From: Candidatus Onthovivens sp.
GTDB lineage: Bacteria; Bacillota_I; Bacilli_A; RFN20; CAG-826
Assembly (NCBI GenBank): GCA_036746835.1
Contig: DAIODM010000003.1
Coordinates: 1,033 to 65,032 of the forward strand
Direction of reading: 5' to 3'
DNA: 64,000 nt
The translations under genes were made by a program, and so were the position numbers. Of the stretch, positions 28,529-38,631 are shown piece after piece (positions within the stretch are counted from its first letter, which is position 1; every line of letters begins with the position of its first letter). Under the pieces are notes generated by a model, which was not told where the DNA came from, did no database searches, and saw nothing but the letters and a program-made list of their open reading frames with translations.

Positions 28529-30009
28529 TGGATAATAAAAATCTTCCACATAATGACGATTGCGAAGAAACAGTTTTAGGTATCATGCTTATGGATACTA
28601 AAGGCTGTATCGATGCCGTTACTGAATTAACGGATGATGATTTTTATATTGAAAATGTAAATCATCGTGCAGTCTTTAGAGCAATGAAAGATTTAATGTT
28701 ACAAAATATCCCTGTTGATATTCATACCGTTGGCGATTATTTAAATAAAGCCAAGATTTTAGAGTCTATTGGTGGCGTTGATTATCTTGTTAGTTTAACT
28801 GATCGAGTCACTGGTTTTAAGAATTTAAGTTACTATACCGCTTTACTTAAAGATTATAATTTAATGCGTAGATTAATTACGACTGTGGATACTATTCGTG
28901 ATGATGCTAATAAACAAAAAGTTGAAGATTTTAGCGCATTCGTTGGTCAAGCTGAATCTTTAATTACACGTATTACGGCGGAACGTCGTATTTCTGGTTT
29001 TGAAAGCAGTAATGAAATTGCTAAAGAATTAGGAAAAGAAATTGATTCAATGAATAGTGGAAATGCTACTTTTGGTGGTATTCCTACTGGATATAAAGAT
29101 CTTGATAATATTTTAAACGGACTTCAAAAAGGAAATCTTATTGTTTTAGCGGCTCGTCCAAGTGTTGGTAAAACTGCTTTAGGTTTAAATATTGCCTATA
29201 ATGCTGCGCAAAAAACAAATAGACCAGTAGCTATTTTCTCTCTTGAAATGTCTAATAACGAAATTATGAAACGTCTTTTTGCTAACCGTGGAACCGTTCA
29301 ATTAGACCGTATAAATAAAGGTTTTTTATCAAAAGATGATCGTTTAAAACTTAAAGAAGCGGAAAGTGAAATCGCTAAGGTTCCTTTATATATAGATGAT
29401 ACAGGTGGAATTAATCTTGATGATTTAGTTAGTAAAGCTAAAAAACTTAAGAATGATTTAGGCGACCTTGCAATGATTGTCGTCGATTATATTGGTATTG
29501 TTAATGTTAAATTAAAAACCGATAGTATGGTTCTTCAAATTAGCCGTGTAACTTCGACTTTAAAACAACTTGCGCGTTCACTTGATATTCCTATTTTAGC
29601 GTTAGCTCAAGTCAACCGTCATGTAGAAGATCGAGATAGTGCAATTCCTGAACTCAGTAACTTAAAAGATAGCGGTTCTATTGAACAAGACGCAGATCAA
29701 GTTATGTTTATTTATAATCCAAATCAAGCTATATCTAATTATAAGAAACAAAATAAGAGTAAGTATCCTGATAAATCTTCGCAAGATATGGATGATGATA
29801 TTCCATCTAATGAAGCGGTTTCTAAACCTCCTTTAAATGATAATAATCCAGATGCTGGAGAACTTATTCAAGTTATGGTTAAGAAAAACCGTAATGGACG
29901 ATTAGGTAATGCTTTATTACTTTTCTTTAAAGCTTACCAAAGATTTGATACACCAAGTGAAGAGGCAAAAGCTCAATTCAAAAAATATGTATCGAATGAT
30001 GAAGGATAA
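28528..30009 (+). CDS. dnaB: Replicative DNA helicase
   Basis: Walker A ARPSVGKTA, Walker B VVDYIG, SGSIEQDAD and KNRNG. Contains a low-complexity insertion of about 45 aa before KNRNG. Confidence 0.95.
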   Translation: MDNKNLPHNDDCEETVLGIMLMDTKGCIDAVTELTDDDFYIENVNHRAVFRAMKDLMLQNIPVDIHTVGDYLNKAKILESIGGVDYLVSLTDRVTGFKNLSYYTALLKDYNLMRRLITTVDTIRDDANKQKVEDFSAFVGQAESLITRITAERRISGFESSNEIAKELGKEIDSMNSGNATFGGIPTGYKDLDNILNGLQKGNLIVLAARPSVGKTALGLNIAYNAAQKTNRPVAIFSLEMSNNEIMKRLFANRGTVQLDRINKGFLSKDDRLKLKEAESEIAKVPLYIDDTGGINLDDLVSKAKKLKNDLGDLAMIVVDYIGIVNVKLKTDSMVLQISRVTSTLKQLARSLDIPILALAQVNRHVEDRDSAIPELSNLKDSGSIEQDADQVMFIYNPNQAISNYKKQNKSKYPDKSSQDMDDDIPSNEAVSKPPLNDNNPDAGELIQVMVKKNRNGRLGNALLLFFKAYQRFDTPSEEAKAQFKKYVSNDEG

Positions 30010-30011
30010 TT

Positions 30012-30764
30012 ATGAAAATGCATTGTATCGCTAGTGGTTCTAAAGGAAACGCTAGCGTTATTTATAATGATGATACAGTAATTCTTGTTGATATGGGAAT
30101 TTCAAAACTTCGTTTAAATGAAGGACTTAAAGAAATAAATAAAAAGATAAAAGATATTAAATATATCTTTTTTACGCACGAACATATTGATCATGTTAAG
30201 GGTATTTTATTTCTGAATCGTGAAGAATTTTATTGTCGAGCTGGAACACTTAAAGTTCCAAAAGGACACGAACTTGAATTATTTAAAGAATACGACTTTG
30301 GTTCAATTAAAGTTACGCCACTTTTAACAAGTCATGATGCAACTTCACCTTGCGGATATCTTTTTAAAGATAAAGATAATTCGATTGGATATATCACTGA
30401 TACCGGTTATCTTCCTGATGTGACTTTACCTTATTTAAGAGACTTAAATTACTATTATTTTGAGTCAAATCATGATGTTAAAATGCTCCTTGATTCTTCG
30501 CGTCCTGAGACTCTTAAAAAACGTATCTTAAGTGACTTAGGTCATTTATCAAATGTACAAAGCGCGCATTATATGGAGCTTTTAATAGGCGAAAATACGA
30601 AAGGTATCATGCTTGCTCACCTGAGTGAAGAGTGCAATACGCCTGAAAAAGCGATTGAAACATATAAAGAAATTTTTGCTAGTGATGGACTCTCTTTAAA
30701 AAAGATTAAAATATGTTGTGCTAAGCAATATGAAAGTACAGATTTAGTTTATGATAAAAATTAA
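30012..30764 (+). CDS. MBL-fold metallo-hydrolase (YycJ/WalJ-like)
   Basis: HEHIDH zinc motif. 250 aa. Confidence 0.85.
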   Translation: MKMHCIASGSKGNASVIYNDDTVILVDMGISKLRLNEGLKEINKKIKDIKYIFFTHEHIDHVKGILFLNREEFYCRAGTLKVPKGHELELFKEYDFGSIKVTPLLTSHDATSPCGYLFKDKDNSIGYITDTGYLPDVTLPYLRDLNYYYFESNHDVKMLLDSSRPETLKKRILSDLGHLSNVQSAHYMELLIGENTKGIMLAHLSEECNTPEKAIETYKEIFASDGLSLKKIKICCAKQYESTDLVYDKN

Positions 30765-31233
30765 TATATATTGCGTTGGAACACTTAAAGAAACTTATTT
30801 AAGAGATGCGGAAAACGAATATTTAAAGCGTCTTTCTAGATATGCAAAAGTAAATGTTATTGAAGTTAATGAAGCAAAAATAAATAGTTTTGATAATGAA
30901 AATCTCATAAAGAAAACCTTAGATGAAGAGGGTAATAATTTATTAGCTCACATTAAAAGCGATGAGTATATTGTTCTTCTAGATTTACATGGAAAAGAAT
31001 ATACAAGTGAAGATTTAGCATTTTCGCTTGATAAACTTGCTTCTCAAGGTGTTTCTAGTTTTGCTCTTGTAATTGGCGGGACGCTTGGACTTAGTGATGA
31101 ACTTCGTAAAAGAGCGAAAGCAAAAATCTCATTATCAAAAATGACATTTCCTCATCAATTAACTAGAATTATTGTGCTTGAACAAATTTATCGAGTATTT
31201 AAAATTAACAATCACGAATCATATCATCATTAA
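30751..31233 (+). CDS. rlmH: 23S rRNA (pseudouridine1915-N3)-methyltransferase
   Basis: SPOUT fold. C-terminal LSKMTFPHQLTRIIVLEQIYR is typical of RlmH. Confidence 0.9.
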   Translation: MIKINIYCVGTLKETYLRDAENEYLKRLSRYAKVNVIEVNEAKINSFDNENLIKKTLDEEGNNLLAHIKSDEYIVLLDLHGKEYTSEDLAFSLDKLASQGVSSFALVIGGTLGLSDELRKRAKAKISLSKMTFPHQLTRIIVLEQIYRVFKINNHESYHH

Positions 31234-31248
31234 TATAAGGGGATATAT

Positions 31249-31587
31249 ATGGAATTTAAGGAATTTTCTAGATTTAAAAAGAGTTTAGATCCACGTTTTA
31301 TTGGATCGGAAAAGTTTGTAATTGATAAAGACCATATTTTTTATATGGAACCTAATTTCGAATCACAATTATTTTATCTTGAAGAAAGATATAAAGATAA
31401 GTTTCCTGAGATTATTAAATCAATGCTTAAATTAGTAAAGAAAAATAAATATGTTATTTTTACAGCGGATTTTGAAAATCCAGTCGTCTCACTTGATGGA
31501 TACATTTATCAAGAAGTTGACGATATATTAAATCCTTTAAATATAGATTGTGGTTATATTAGTCGCGGTAGCGATTATGGTGATTAG
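31249..31587 (+). CDS. Hypothetical protein (112 aa)
   Basis: ORF with an AAGGGGA SD. No recognisable motif. Confidence 0.5.
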   Translation: MEFKEFSRFKKSLDPRFIGSEKFVIDKDHIFYMEPNFESQLFYLEERYKDKFPEIIKSMLKLVKKNKYVIFTADFENPVVSLDGYIYQEVDDILNPLNIDCGYISRGSDYGD

Positions 31588-31595
31588 TATCTATT

Positions 31596-31630
31596 AAAAA
31601 ACCTTCCGTTTGACGGAAGGTTATTTTTTT
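31596..31630. terminator. Bidirectional terminator
   Basis: AAAAAACCTTCCGT-ttg-ACGGAAGGTTATTTTTTTT between convergent genes. Confidence 0.85.
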
Positions 31631-32664
31631 TATTTACTTGGACCAGCAGCAGGACTTAAAGCTTTCATTGAAAGCCACATAATTCTGAAGCCATAAATTA
31701 TGACATAAAGCATAATTTCATATCCGCTAAAGATAAAGCCAAGAATAAGACCTAATAAAGCTGGAGCCATTGCGGCAAGATAACCCATATTGAAGCATTG
31801 TTGGAACTTAATATAGTTATTAGGATTGTTTTTACCACGAGTCATTAAGAATAAGACAAGACCCATTAATAAGGTAATACTAGAATTGACAGCAAGAATT
31901 ACACCAACTTGCATCCAAGTATAAAGTACACGATTATTAAGGTAAACTTCATTCATGAATGTTTTTAAAAGAGCTAAAGAAGCAGTGGCATTATCATTTC
32001 TTGTTGTTTTATTTGTAACTAAGAAACTATTTAAACTTGTGAATTCACTAGTTAAATTAGCATAATCACCATTAACTCCACCAACGGAAGTATATGATCC
32101 TGGTTTGTATAAGGCACTAGCGAAATATTTAGTACCAAAGATAATATAACTTACATCACGACCACTAGTTGAATTAGCACCTAAAGCGTTAATTGTTGCT
32201 TGAGTAGTAGAGAAATCAACACCTTCTGGGAAATAATAAACTTGGAAATCAACCTTACTTGTAGTGTGCTTATCAAGAGCAGTATCACTATGTTCGTAAA
32301 GAAGATAATTATTAGTAGAACTTGTAGTGGTTCCAGTTAATTTTGAAGAAGCATTAGCTTTATCAAAATTAATTGTATAACCTTTACTATTTGCATCTTC
32401 AAGGAAACTATAAAATCCTTCATCATAATTGTAAATATAGGTAGTATCGACGAATTTGCTTCCGGAACTTGTTGCACTATGAACAGTTAGAGGAATAACA
32501 CTGAAGATTATACTAAGTAATCCAATGATAACAGCGATATACCATTTTGTTTTTAAACCTGTATTTAAGACAGCTTCATTGCTCCAAAGGCAACGGATGT
32601 ATTGGTAGATTTTACTCCAATCAAATTTGTTCTTTTGTTTTTCGACTTTGAAATTTTGACTCAT
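31630..32664 (-). CDS. Membrane protein of unknown function
   Basis: Start moved to the internal ATG (MSQNFKVEKQ..; GAAGGAA SD). One N-terminal TM, a Ser/Thr/Asn-rich extracytoplasmic domain of about 200 aa, and 3-4 C-terminal TMs. Confidence 0.65.
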   Translation of the reverse strand: MSQNFKVEKQKNKFDWSKIYQYIRCLWSNEAVLNTGLKTKWYIAVIIGLLSIIFSVIPLTVHSATSSGSKFVDTTYIYNYDEGFYSFLEDANSKGYTINFDKANASSKLTGTTTSSTNNYLLYEHSDTALDKHTTSKVDFQVYYFPEGVDFSTTQATINALGANSTSGRDVSYIIFGTKYFASALYKPGSYTSVGGVNGDYANLTSEFTSLNSFLVTNKTTRNDNATASLALLKTFMNEVYLNNRVLYTWMQVGVILAVNSSITLLMGLVLFLMTRGKNNPNNYIKFQQCFNMGYLAAMAPALLGLILGFIFSGYEIMLYVIIYGFRIMWLSMKALSPAAGPSK

Positions 32665-32787
32665 ATTAATTCCTTCACGTTTATTTGCTTTAATAGTATA
32701 AACTATTAAAGATACTAACGCAAAATAAATTGTAATCGCGACTAAATTTGTTGTAATCACTATTTTTTAGCGTATTATTATTGTACT

Positions 32788-33152
32788 GGGGATGTCTTGG
32801 TTTCGACATATGTTCGCAGGGCATAGAGTGCAAGTCGCTTGGAAACGTTATATTCCAAAAAAATATAATTGCCAATAATCGACAATTCGCATTTGCTGCC
32901 TAGTTGCAGCCGACTTAGTTTCGCTCTTAAATAAATAGAGAGTGCGCGGATCTTACTTACTTCGCTTCTTACGAGTAAAAATCCGTCATAACAAGAAGAT
33001 AAGTAATGACTATGATTATGTGTCATTAACGAAAAAATTATAATCTAGCGTGTGAAAATTTGTGTCGTTTGCTAGCACGCAAAAATAAAAACGTACACTA
33101 AACTTGTAGAGTTTATGTGTGGCGACATATGGACCGGGGTTCAACTCCCCGC
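32788..33152 (+). ncRNA. ssrA: tmRNA (transfer-messenger RNA)
   Basis: 5' GGGGATGTCTTGGTTTCGACA. 3' GGACCGGGGTTCAACTCCCCGCATCTCCACCA (T-arm plus acceptor plus CCA). Internal tag reading frame ..GCC AAT AAT CGA CAA TTC GCA TTT GCT GCC TAG = ..ANNRQFAFAA*. Confidence 0.93.
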
Positions 33153-33217
33153 ATCTCCACCAGAATAAGTTATTTTTGATAAATATGGTCTTGAAAACTT
33201 ATTAACTTTAAAAAACA

Positions 33218-33254
33218 GCCATTTTTGTTTATCAACAAAAATGGCCTTTTTATT
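33218..33254 (+). terminator. Intrinsic terminator downstream of ssrA
   Basis: GCCATTTTTGTT-tatc-AACAAAAATGGC followed by CTTTTTATTT. Confidence 0.8.
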
Positions 33255-33309
33255 TATTATTCTTTTAAATTTATAGCCTTCAACCTATAATGTCCGCAAG
33301 AGGTATATT

Positions 33310-33996
33310 ATGAAAAAGATTGGATATTTATTAATTGCAGGCCTTTTTATTTTTAATTTAGCAAGTTGTGATAATGGAAGTAGTGATTGGAGTGGTGAAC
33401 AAGGATACTTAGAAGCCCAAGGTAAATGGGCAAATGTTGGTAAAGGTTCATTGGAGTTTGCCTTAAATAGTAATGGTGGAACTCTTGTTAGTGAATTAAA
33501 AGCTGAATATATACAAACATATGTTGGAGCAAAGGCGTTAACGGTAAAATCTATCAATAGACTTAGTGATACTAATTTTAAGATTGAATTTAGTGGAACA
33601 ATTACTGATACAACAGTTGATGGAATTATTTTAAGTTCAAAAGCCATTGTAAATGGTGCTAAAAATTATTTATCAGTATTTTTAGTTACCGATAATGTAA
33701 TTTATAAGACTTCATCTCGTGAAACCACCAATAATGATCTCTATACGTTAGATACAACTTTAGGTTTATACAATGGAGCTAATTGGGTTGAAAGTGCAAT
33801 TACTTCAACTAACATTGTTGCTACATCTAAAGATAGTGCGTTTCCTATTACTTTAGTTACTCTTGATTTAAGTTATTTAAGCAGTAGTGAAATAAAAATT
33901 AAAGCAACAACTTTAAAAATAAATACTGGACACTTTACAATTGATCTTGCTTCCGCAACTAATAGTTTTAGTGCAAATTATAGTTTCAATTTTTAA
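33310..33996 (+). CDS. Lipoprotein of unknown function
   Basis: Signal peptide with lipobox LAS|C (MKKIGYLLIAGLFIFNLASC). TATAAT at about 33286 and an AAGAGG SD. Confidence 0.75.
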   Translation: MKKIGYLLIAGLFIFNLASCDNGSSDWSGEQGYLEAQGKWANVGKGSLEFALNSNGGTLVSELKAEYIQTYVGAKALTVKSINRLSDTNFKIEFSGTITDTTVDGIILSSKAIVNGAKNYLSVFLVTDNVIYKTSSRETTNNDLYTLDTTLGLYNGANWVESAITSTNIVATSKDSAFPITLVTLDLSYLSSSEIKIKATTLKINTGHFTIDLASATNSFSANYSFNF

Positions 33997-34007
33997 GACA
34001 AAAATAA

Positions 34008-34040
34008 AAGCGACATAATTAAGTTTATGTCGCTTTTTCT
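34008..34040. terminator. Bidirectional terminator
   Basis: AAGCGACATAA-loop-TTATGTCGCTTTTTC, overlapping the stop of the convergent HD-GYP gene. Confidence 0.75.
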
Positions 34041-34918
34041 TTTAGAAGTTCTTCAAGTGTATTAACAACATTTTGATCTAATTTATCTTTAAATTGTTCG
34101 CGCATCATTTTAAACGCTTCTTCTTTTGAGAAGCCTTTTCGATATGCTCTATCACTTGTTAAAGCATCGAAGACATCACTTACAGCAAGAATTCTTTCTT
34201 GCATTGTAACTTCGTCTCCTTTAAGTTTGCTAGGATAACCAGATCCATCAAGTAATTCATGGTGATGAAGAGCAATTGAAGCAACTTCTTCTCCATAAAA
34301 TCCTTTAAGATAATCATAACTATAGACTGGATGTTTTTTAATTATATCAAATTCTTCAGGTGTTAATTTTCCAGGTTTATTTAAAATTTTAGATGGAATC
34401 TTGCATTTACCAATATCATGAAAAGTTGCCGCATGAGCAATTTTTGAAACATCATAATTAGGAATAAGTTTTCCAGCGAGTAAAACACTTAAATCAGAAA
34501 CACAATCATCATGTTCAAGAAGATAGTGATCTTTTTGACGAACTAAAGTTGATAATTCTTTAAGCTTGTCGTAATCAATATCGTTTTCAAGTGAAGTATT
34601 AGTTACTAAATAAATTATGGAAGATTTTACTCCAACAATGTGGTAGTTTTCAGGATCAAAAATTGAAAAAGATTCGTTTTCTTTTAAATCGTATTTTTTA
34701 GTATTAAATTGAATTTCAACTTCGCCTTTTGAAACTATAATTGTATGCTCTGCATCCTCATCATCATCGACATTATTATCTCTAACTGAAACCATAAGTT
34801 TGGTGCCTTTTAAAAGATGATAGGAATCAATACTGTACTTAAATCCACTATATATATTAGCGATTGAAGGTTTTCTCAATTTGAAAGCCTTTGGTTGGTG
34901 CTTCAAATATGTTTTCAT
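34025..34918 (-). CDS. Cytoplasmic HD-GYP domain protein (putative c-di-GMP phosphodiesterase) with a beta-rich (cupin-like?) N-terminal domain
   Basis: FHDIGK and a canonical HHHELLDGSGYP. Confidence 0.85.
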   Translation of the reverse strand: MKTYLKHQPKAFKLRKPSIANIYSGFKYSIDSYHLLKGTKLMVSVRDNNVDDDEDAEHTIIVSKGEVEIQFNTKKYDLKENESFSIFDPENYHIVGVKSSIIYLVTNTSLENDIDYDKLKELSTLVRQKDHYLLEHDDCVSDLSVLLAGKLIPNYDVSKIAHAATFHDIGKCKIPSKILNKPGKLTPEEFDIIKKHPVYSYDYLKGFYGEEVASIALHHHELLDGSGYPSKLKGDEVTMQERILAVSDVFDALTSDRAYRKGFSKEEAFKMMREQFKDKLDQNVVNTLEELLKEKAT

Positions 34919-35030
34919 ACCTGTAAATATTATTACATATTTTTATTTTTAATCATATAGCGTTTTGCTATGTGAAATTGAATAAAAGCATAAGGTTTAA
35001 TCATTATTTATAGATATCAGTAAAAAAATA

Positions 35031-35058
35031 TTGAATAAGATATCTTGAATGTTATAAT
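35031..35058 (+). promoter_or_regulatory. Promoter of the rex-adhE operon with an embedded 10-bp perfect palindrome
   Basis: TTGAAT-N16-TATAAT. AAGATATCTT (35037-35046) lies in the spacer. Confidence 0.5.
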
Positions 35059-35091
35059 AAAAGAGTAAAAAAATACTGATTGGAGGATTTT

Positions 35092-35739
35092 ATGGACAAA
35101 ATTAAGACAGTTACGGTCAAACAATTAAGTCGATTCCCGGTCTATCTCAGATACTTAAAATCAATTCGAGATTTAGGAGAAACTCAAACAAGTGCTCCTT
35201 TAATTGCAAAGAATTTAGGTTTAAATGAAGAACAGGTACGAAAAGACTTACAAGTCGTTTCAAGTAGTGATGGAAAACCAAAATCTGGACGAGTTATTGA
35301 AGACTTAATAAACGATATAGAAACTTTCTTAGGTTATAACGATGTAAATGACGCGGTTATTATTGGAACTGGTCACTTAGGAAATGCTTTATTAAATTAT
35401 CGTGGATTTAATGATTTAGGTCTCAATATCTTAGTTGGATTTGATAACAATCCTAATCTCATTGGAAAACAAATAAATGGGAAGATGATTTATTCAATTG
35501 ATAAAATGGAAAATTTAATCCCAAGACTCAATGTTCAAATTGCAATTCTTACTGTTCCAGTTACGGAAGCTCAAGCAATCGTCAATGTTCTTATAAAAAT
35601 AGGAATTAAAGCAATTTGGAATTTTGTGCCAACTCACCTTGAAGTTCCAGATAGTATCGTGGTTGAAAACGTAAATCTCGCCTCAAGTCTTGCTGTCTTG
35701 TCTCATAAATTGAAGGATTCCGAACAAGGAAATAAATAA
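35092..35739 (+). CDS. rex: Redox-sensing transcriptional repressor Rex
   Basis: RFPVYLRYLK wHTH. Rossmann GTGHLGNAL. NFVP motif. Start moved to the ATG at 35092 (GGAGGA SD). Confidence 0.9.
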   Translation: MDKIKTVTVKQLSRFPVYLRYLKSIRDLGETQTSAPLIAKNLGLNEEQVRKDLQVVSSSDGKPKSGRVIEDLINDIETFLGYNDVNDAVIIGTGHLGNALLNYRGFNDLGLNILVGFDNNPNLIGKQINGKMIYSIDKMENLIPRLNVQIAILTVPVTEAQAIVNVLIKIGIKAIWNFVPTHLEVPDSIVVENVNLASSLAVLSHKLKDSEQGNK

Positions 35740-35750
35740 GGAGAAATTTT

Positions 35751-38369
35751 ATGGAAGAAAAGAACGCATCAATTAGTGCTGCTGATGAAGTTAATGATCT
35801 TGTTAGTAAAGCAACAGTCGCTTTAAATGAATTTTTAAATCTTAATCAAGAACAAATTGATTATATTGTTGCTAAATGTAGTGTTGCTGGTCTTGATAAT
35901 CATGGTAAGTTAGCTGAACTTGCAATCAAAGAAACTAAACGTGGTATTTTTGAAGATAAAGCAACCAAAAACTTATTTGCTTGCGAATATGTTGTAAATA
36001 ATATGCGTCACTTAAAAACAGTTGGTGTTATTAGTAGTGATCCAGTAACTGGCATTACAGAAATTGCTGATCCAGTTGGTGTTATTTGTGGAATTACACC
36101 TGTTACAAATCCAACAGCTACTGTAATTTTTAAATCTTTAATTTGTTTAAAGACTCGTAATCCTATCATTTTTGCTTTCCACCCAAATGCGCAAGAATGT
36201 AGCAAAGCTGCTGCGATTGTTATGCGTGATGCGGCAGTTGCTGCTGGTGCTCCAAAGAATTGTATTCAATGGATTGAACACCCAAGTCTTGATGCAACTA
36301 ACTTATTAATGAATCATCCTGGAGTTGCTACTATTTTAGCAACTGGCGGAAATGCAATGGTTAAAGCCGCTTATAGTTGTGGGAAACCTGCAATGGGTGT
36401 TGGTGCTGGTAACGTTCCTTGCTACATTAATAAGAGTGCTAATGTTGAACAAGCTGTTAATGATGTTGTGATCTCTAAATCATTTGATAATGGTATGATT
36501 TGTGCTTCTGAATCTGCCGTCTTTATTGATAAAGAAGTCTATGATGAAGCCACAAAGTTATTTAAGAGATTTAAAGTTTATTTTGCTAATGATGAAGAAA
36601 AAGCCAAACTTGAAAAGTTTATGTTTGGTTATACTAGTAGCGATAAAGATCACGCTAAAGCAAAGTTAAATCCAATTGTTGCTGGAATGTCAGCTGTAAA
36701 CATTGCTAAAAATAGTGGATTTGAAGTCCCTAGCGATACAGTTATTATTGCAGTTAAATGTAAAACAGTTGGTGAAGATGAAATTATGTCGAGAGAAAAA
36801 CTTTCTCCAGTTTTAGGTTACTTTAAAGTTGAAGATGATAAAGAAGGATTCAAGAAGTGTGAAGAGATGCTTGAATTCTATGGTTTAGGTCATACTGCAG
36901 CTATTCATTGTAAAGAACAAGCAATGGCAGATGCTTTTGGTGAAAACTGCAAAGCTTTACGTATTGTTTGGAATAGTCCTTCTACTTTCGGTGGTATTGG
37001 AAACGTTTATAATTCATTCTTACCATCGCTTACTTTAGGTTGTGGTTCTTATGGAAAGAACTCAATTGGTGGTAACGTTAGTGCAATTAACTTATTAAAT
37101 ATTAAGAAAGTTGGTAAAAGGAGAAATAATATGCAATGGTTTAAAGTCCCTCAAAAGATTTATTTTGAACGTAATTCAATCGAGTATTTACAAAGTTGTA
37201 AGAGTGTTGGAAAAGTCTTTATTGTTACCGATAGAAGTATGGTTGAGTTCGGTTTCTTAAATAAGATTACTGAACAATTAAATTTAAGAAGAGAACCTGT
37301 TAAAATTCAACTTTTTGCTGAAGTCGAACCAGATCCAGATATTACAACCGTTAGAAAAGGTATTGAATTAATGAATACCTTCCAGCCAGATACAATTATT
37401 GCTCTTGGTGGTGGAAGTTGTATGGATGCTGCTAAAGGTATGTGGTTATTCTATGAACATCCAGAAGTTAATTTTGATGATATTAAACAAAAATTTATGG
37501 ATATTCGTAAACGTGCATTCAAGTATCCTGAACTTGGTCGTAAATCTAAATTAATTTGTATTCCAACAACCAGTGGAACTGGTAGTGAAGTTAGTCCATT
37601 TGCAGTTATTAGTGATAAGGCTAACAATAAAAAGTATCCATTAGCTGATTATAGTCTCACTCCATCAATTGCAATTATTGATCCAGAATTTACAACAAAT
37701 ATTCCTGCAAAATCAACTGCAATGACTGGTATGGATGTTTTAACTCACGCCATTGAAGCTTATGTTTCTTGTTTAGCTAGTGATTTTACTGATGGTTTAG
37801 CTTTACAAGCAATTAAGATGGTTTTTGCTTATCTTCCACGTGCTGTTAAAGATGGACCTCATGATTTAGAAGCTCGTGAAAAGATGCATAATGCGGCAAC
37901 TATTGCTGGTATGGCTTTCGCAAATGCTTTCCTTGGAATGACTCACTCACTTGCTCATAAAGTAGGTGCTGAATTCCATACAGTTCACGGTTATACTTGT
38001 AGTGTTTTATTACCATACGTTATTCGTTATAATGGCGAAGTTCCAACTAAATTAAGTGTTTGGCCAAAATATAATGAATATTGTGCTGATAGAAAATATC
38101 AAGAAATTGCTAAACTCTTAGGCTTAAAGGCTAATACACCTGAAGAAGGTGTTGCTTCTCTTGCAGATGCGTGTACAAATTTAGCTAAAGAAATTGGTTT
38201 AGGTACTAGTTTTAAAGAAATGGGAATCAAAAAAGAGGATTGGGAAAGTAAGATTCATGAAGTTGCAATTTTAGCTTATGAAGATCAATGTTCACCAGCT
38301 AACCCACGTGTTCCTATTGTTACCGATATGGAAGAAATCTTAAAGAAAGCTTACGAAGGAACTAAATAA
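35751..38369 (+). CDS. adhE: Bifunctional acetaldehyde-CoA/alcohol dehydrogenase
   Basis: 872 aa. N-terminal ALDH domain (catalytic Cys context GMICASE) plus a C-terminal Fe-ADH domain (GGGSCMDAAK, HSLAHKVG). Confidence 0.95.
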   Translation: MEEKNASISAADEVNDLVSKATVALNEFLNLNQEQIDYIVAKCSVAGLDNHGKLAELAIKETKRGIFEDKATKNLFACEYVVNNMRHLKTVGVISSDPVTGITEIADPVGVICGITPVTNPTATVIFKSLICLKTRNPIIFAFHPNAQECSKAAAIVMRDAAVAAGAPKNCIQWIEHPSLDATNLLMNHPGVATILATGGNAMVKAAYSCGKPAMGVGAGNVPCYINKSANVEQAVNDVVISKSFDNGMICASESAVFIDKEVYDEATKLFKRFKVYFANDEEKAKLEKFMFGYTSSDKDHAKAKLNPIVAGMSAVNIAKNSGFEVPSDTVIIAVKCKTVGEDEIMSREKLSPVLGYFKVEDDKEGFKKCEEMLEFYGLGHTAAIHCKEQAMADAFGENCKALRIVWNSPSTFGGIGNVYNSFLPSLTLGCGSYGKNSIGGNVSAINLLNIKKVGKRRNNMQWFKVPQKIYFERNSIEYLQSCKSVGKVFIVTDRSMVEFGFLNKITEQLNLRREPVKIQLFAEVEPDPDITTVRKGIELMNTFQPDTIIALGGGSCMDAAKGMWLFYEHPEVNFDDIKQKFMDIRKRAFKYPELGRKSKLICIPTTSGTGSEVSPFAVISDKANNKKYPLADYSLTPSIAIIDPEFTTNIPAKSTAMTGMDVLTHAIEAYVSCLASDFTDGLALQAIKMVFAYLPRAVKDGPHDLEAREKMHNAATIAGMAFANAFLGMTHSLAHKVGAEFHTVHGYTCSVLLPYVIRYNGEVPTKLSVWPKYNEYCADRKYQEIAKLLGLKANTPEEGVASLADACTNLAKEIGLGTSFKEMGIKKEDWESKIHEVAILAYEDQCSPANPRVPIVTDMEEILKKAYEGTK

Positions 38370-38370
38370 T

Positions 38371-38619
38371 ATGACTATTCTTATTTGCGTAGGAAGTTCC
38401 TGCCACTTAAGTGGTAGTCATGATGTAATTGAATTATTCAGAAAGGCCATTAGCGATAATGGTCTCTCTGATAAAGTTGTTTTAAAAGCCACTTTCTGCT
38501 TAGGAAAATGTGGTAGAAATGGTGTTAATGCTAAGATTGATGACGAAATTGTAACTGGAATAACTCAAAGTAATTTTAACGAAGTTTTTAATAAATACGT
38601 ATTAAGTCGCGTTAAATAG
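38371..38619 (+). CDS. Thioredoxin-like [2Fe-2S] ferredoxin (HfsA-like)
   Basis: 82 aa. Cys pattern CVGSSCH...CLGKC. First gene of an hfsABCD-like arrangement. Confidence 0.7.
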   Translation: MTILICVGSSCHLSGSHDVIELFRKAISDNGLSDKVVLKATFCLGKCGRNGVNAKIDDEIVTGITQSNFNEVFNKYVLSRVK

Positions 38620-38631
38620 AAAGAAGAACCT

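Noticed and set aside
32690-33026. Two minus-strand ORFs (61 and 82 aa) from the track
   Set aside because: They overlap the tmRNA gene on the opposite strand, and the tmRNA hallmarks explain the region.
33285-33647. 120-aa minus-strand ORF
   Set aside because: It is antisense to the lipoprotein gene, which has a clear signal peptide with lipobox, an SD and a promoter.
33153-34918. A genomic island integrated at the tmRNA 3' end
   Set aside because: I saw no integrase or recombinase gene and no duplicated copy of the ssrA 3' end downstream. Only a lipoprotein gene and an HD-GYP gene lie here.
34965-34995. Rex operator upstream of rex-adhE
   Set aside because: Only a half-site-like TGTGAA (34971-34976) is present, without the inverted TTCACA partner at the expected spacing. 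I could not support a full Rex box by eye.
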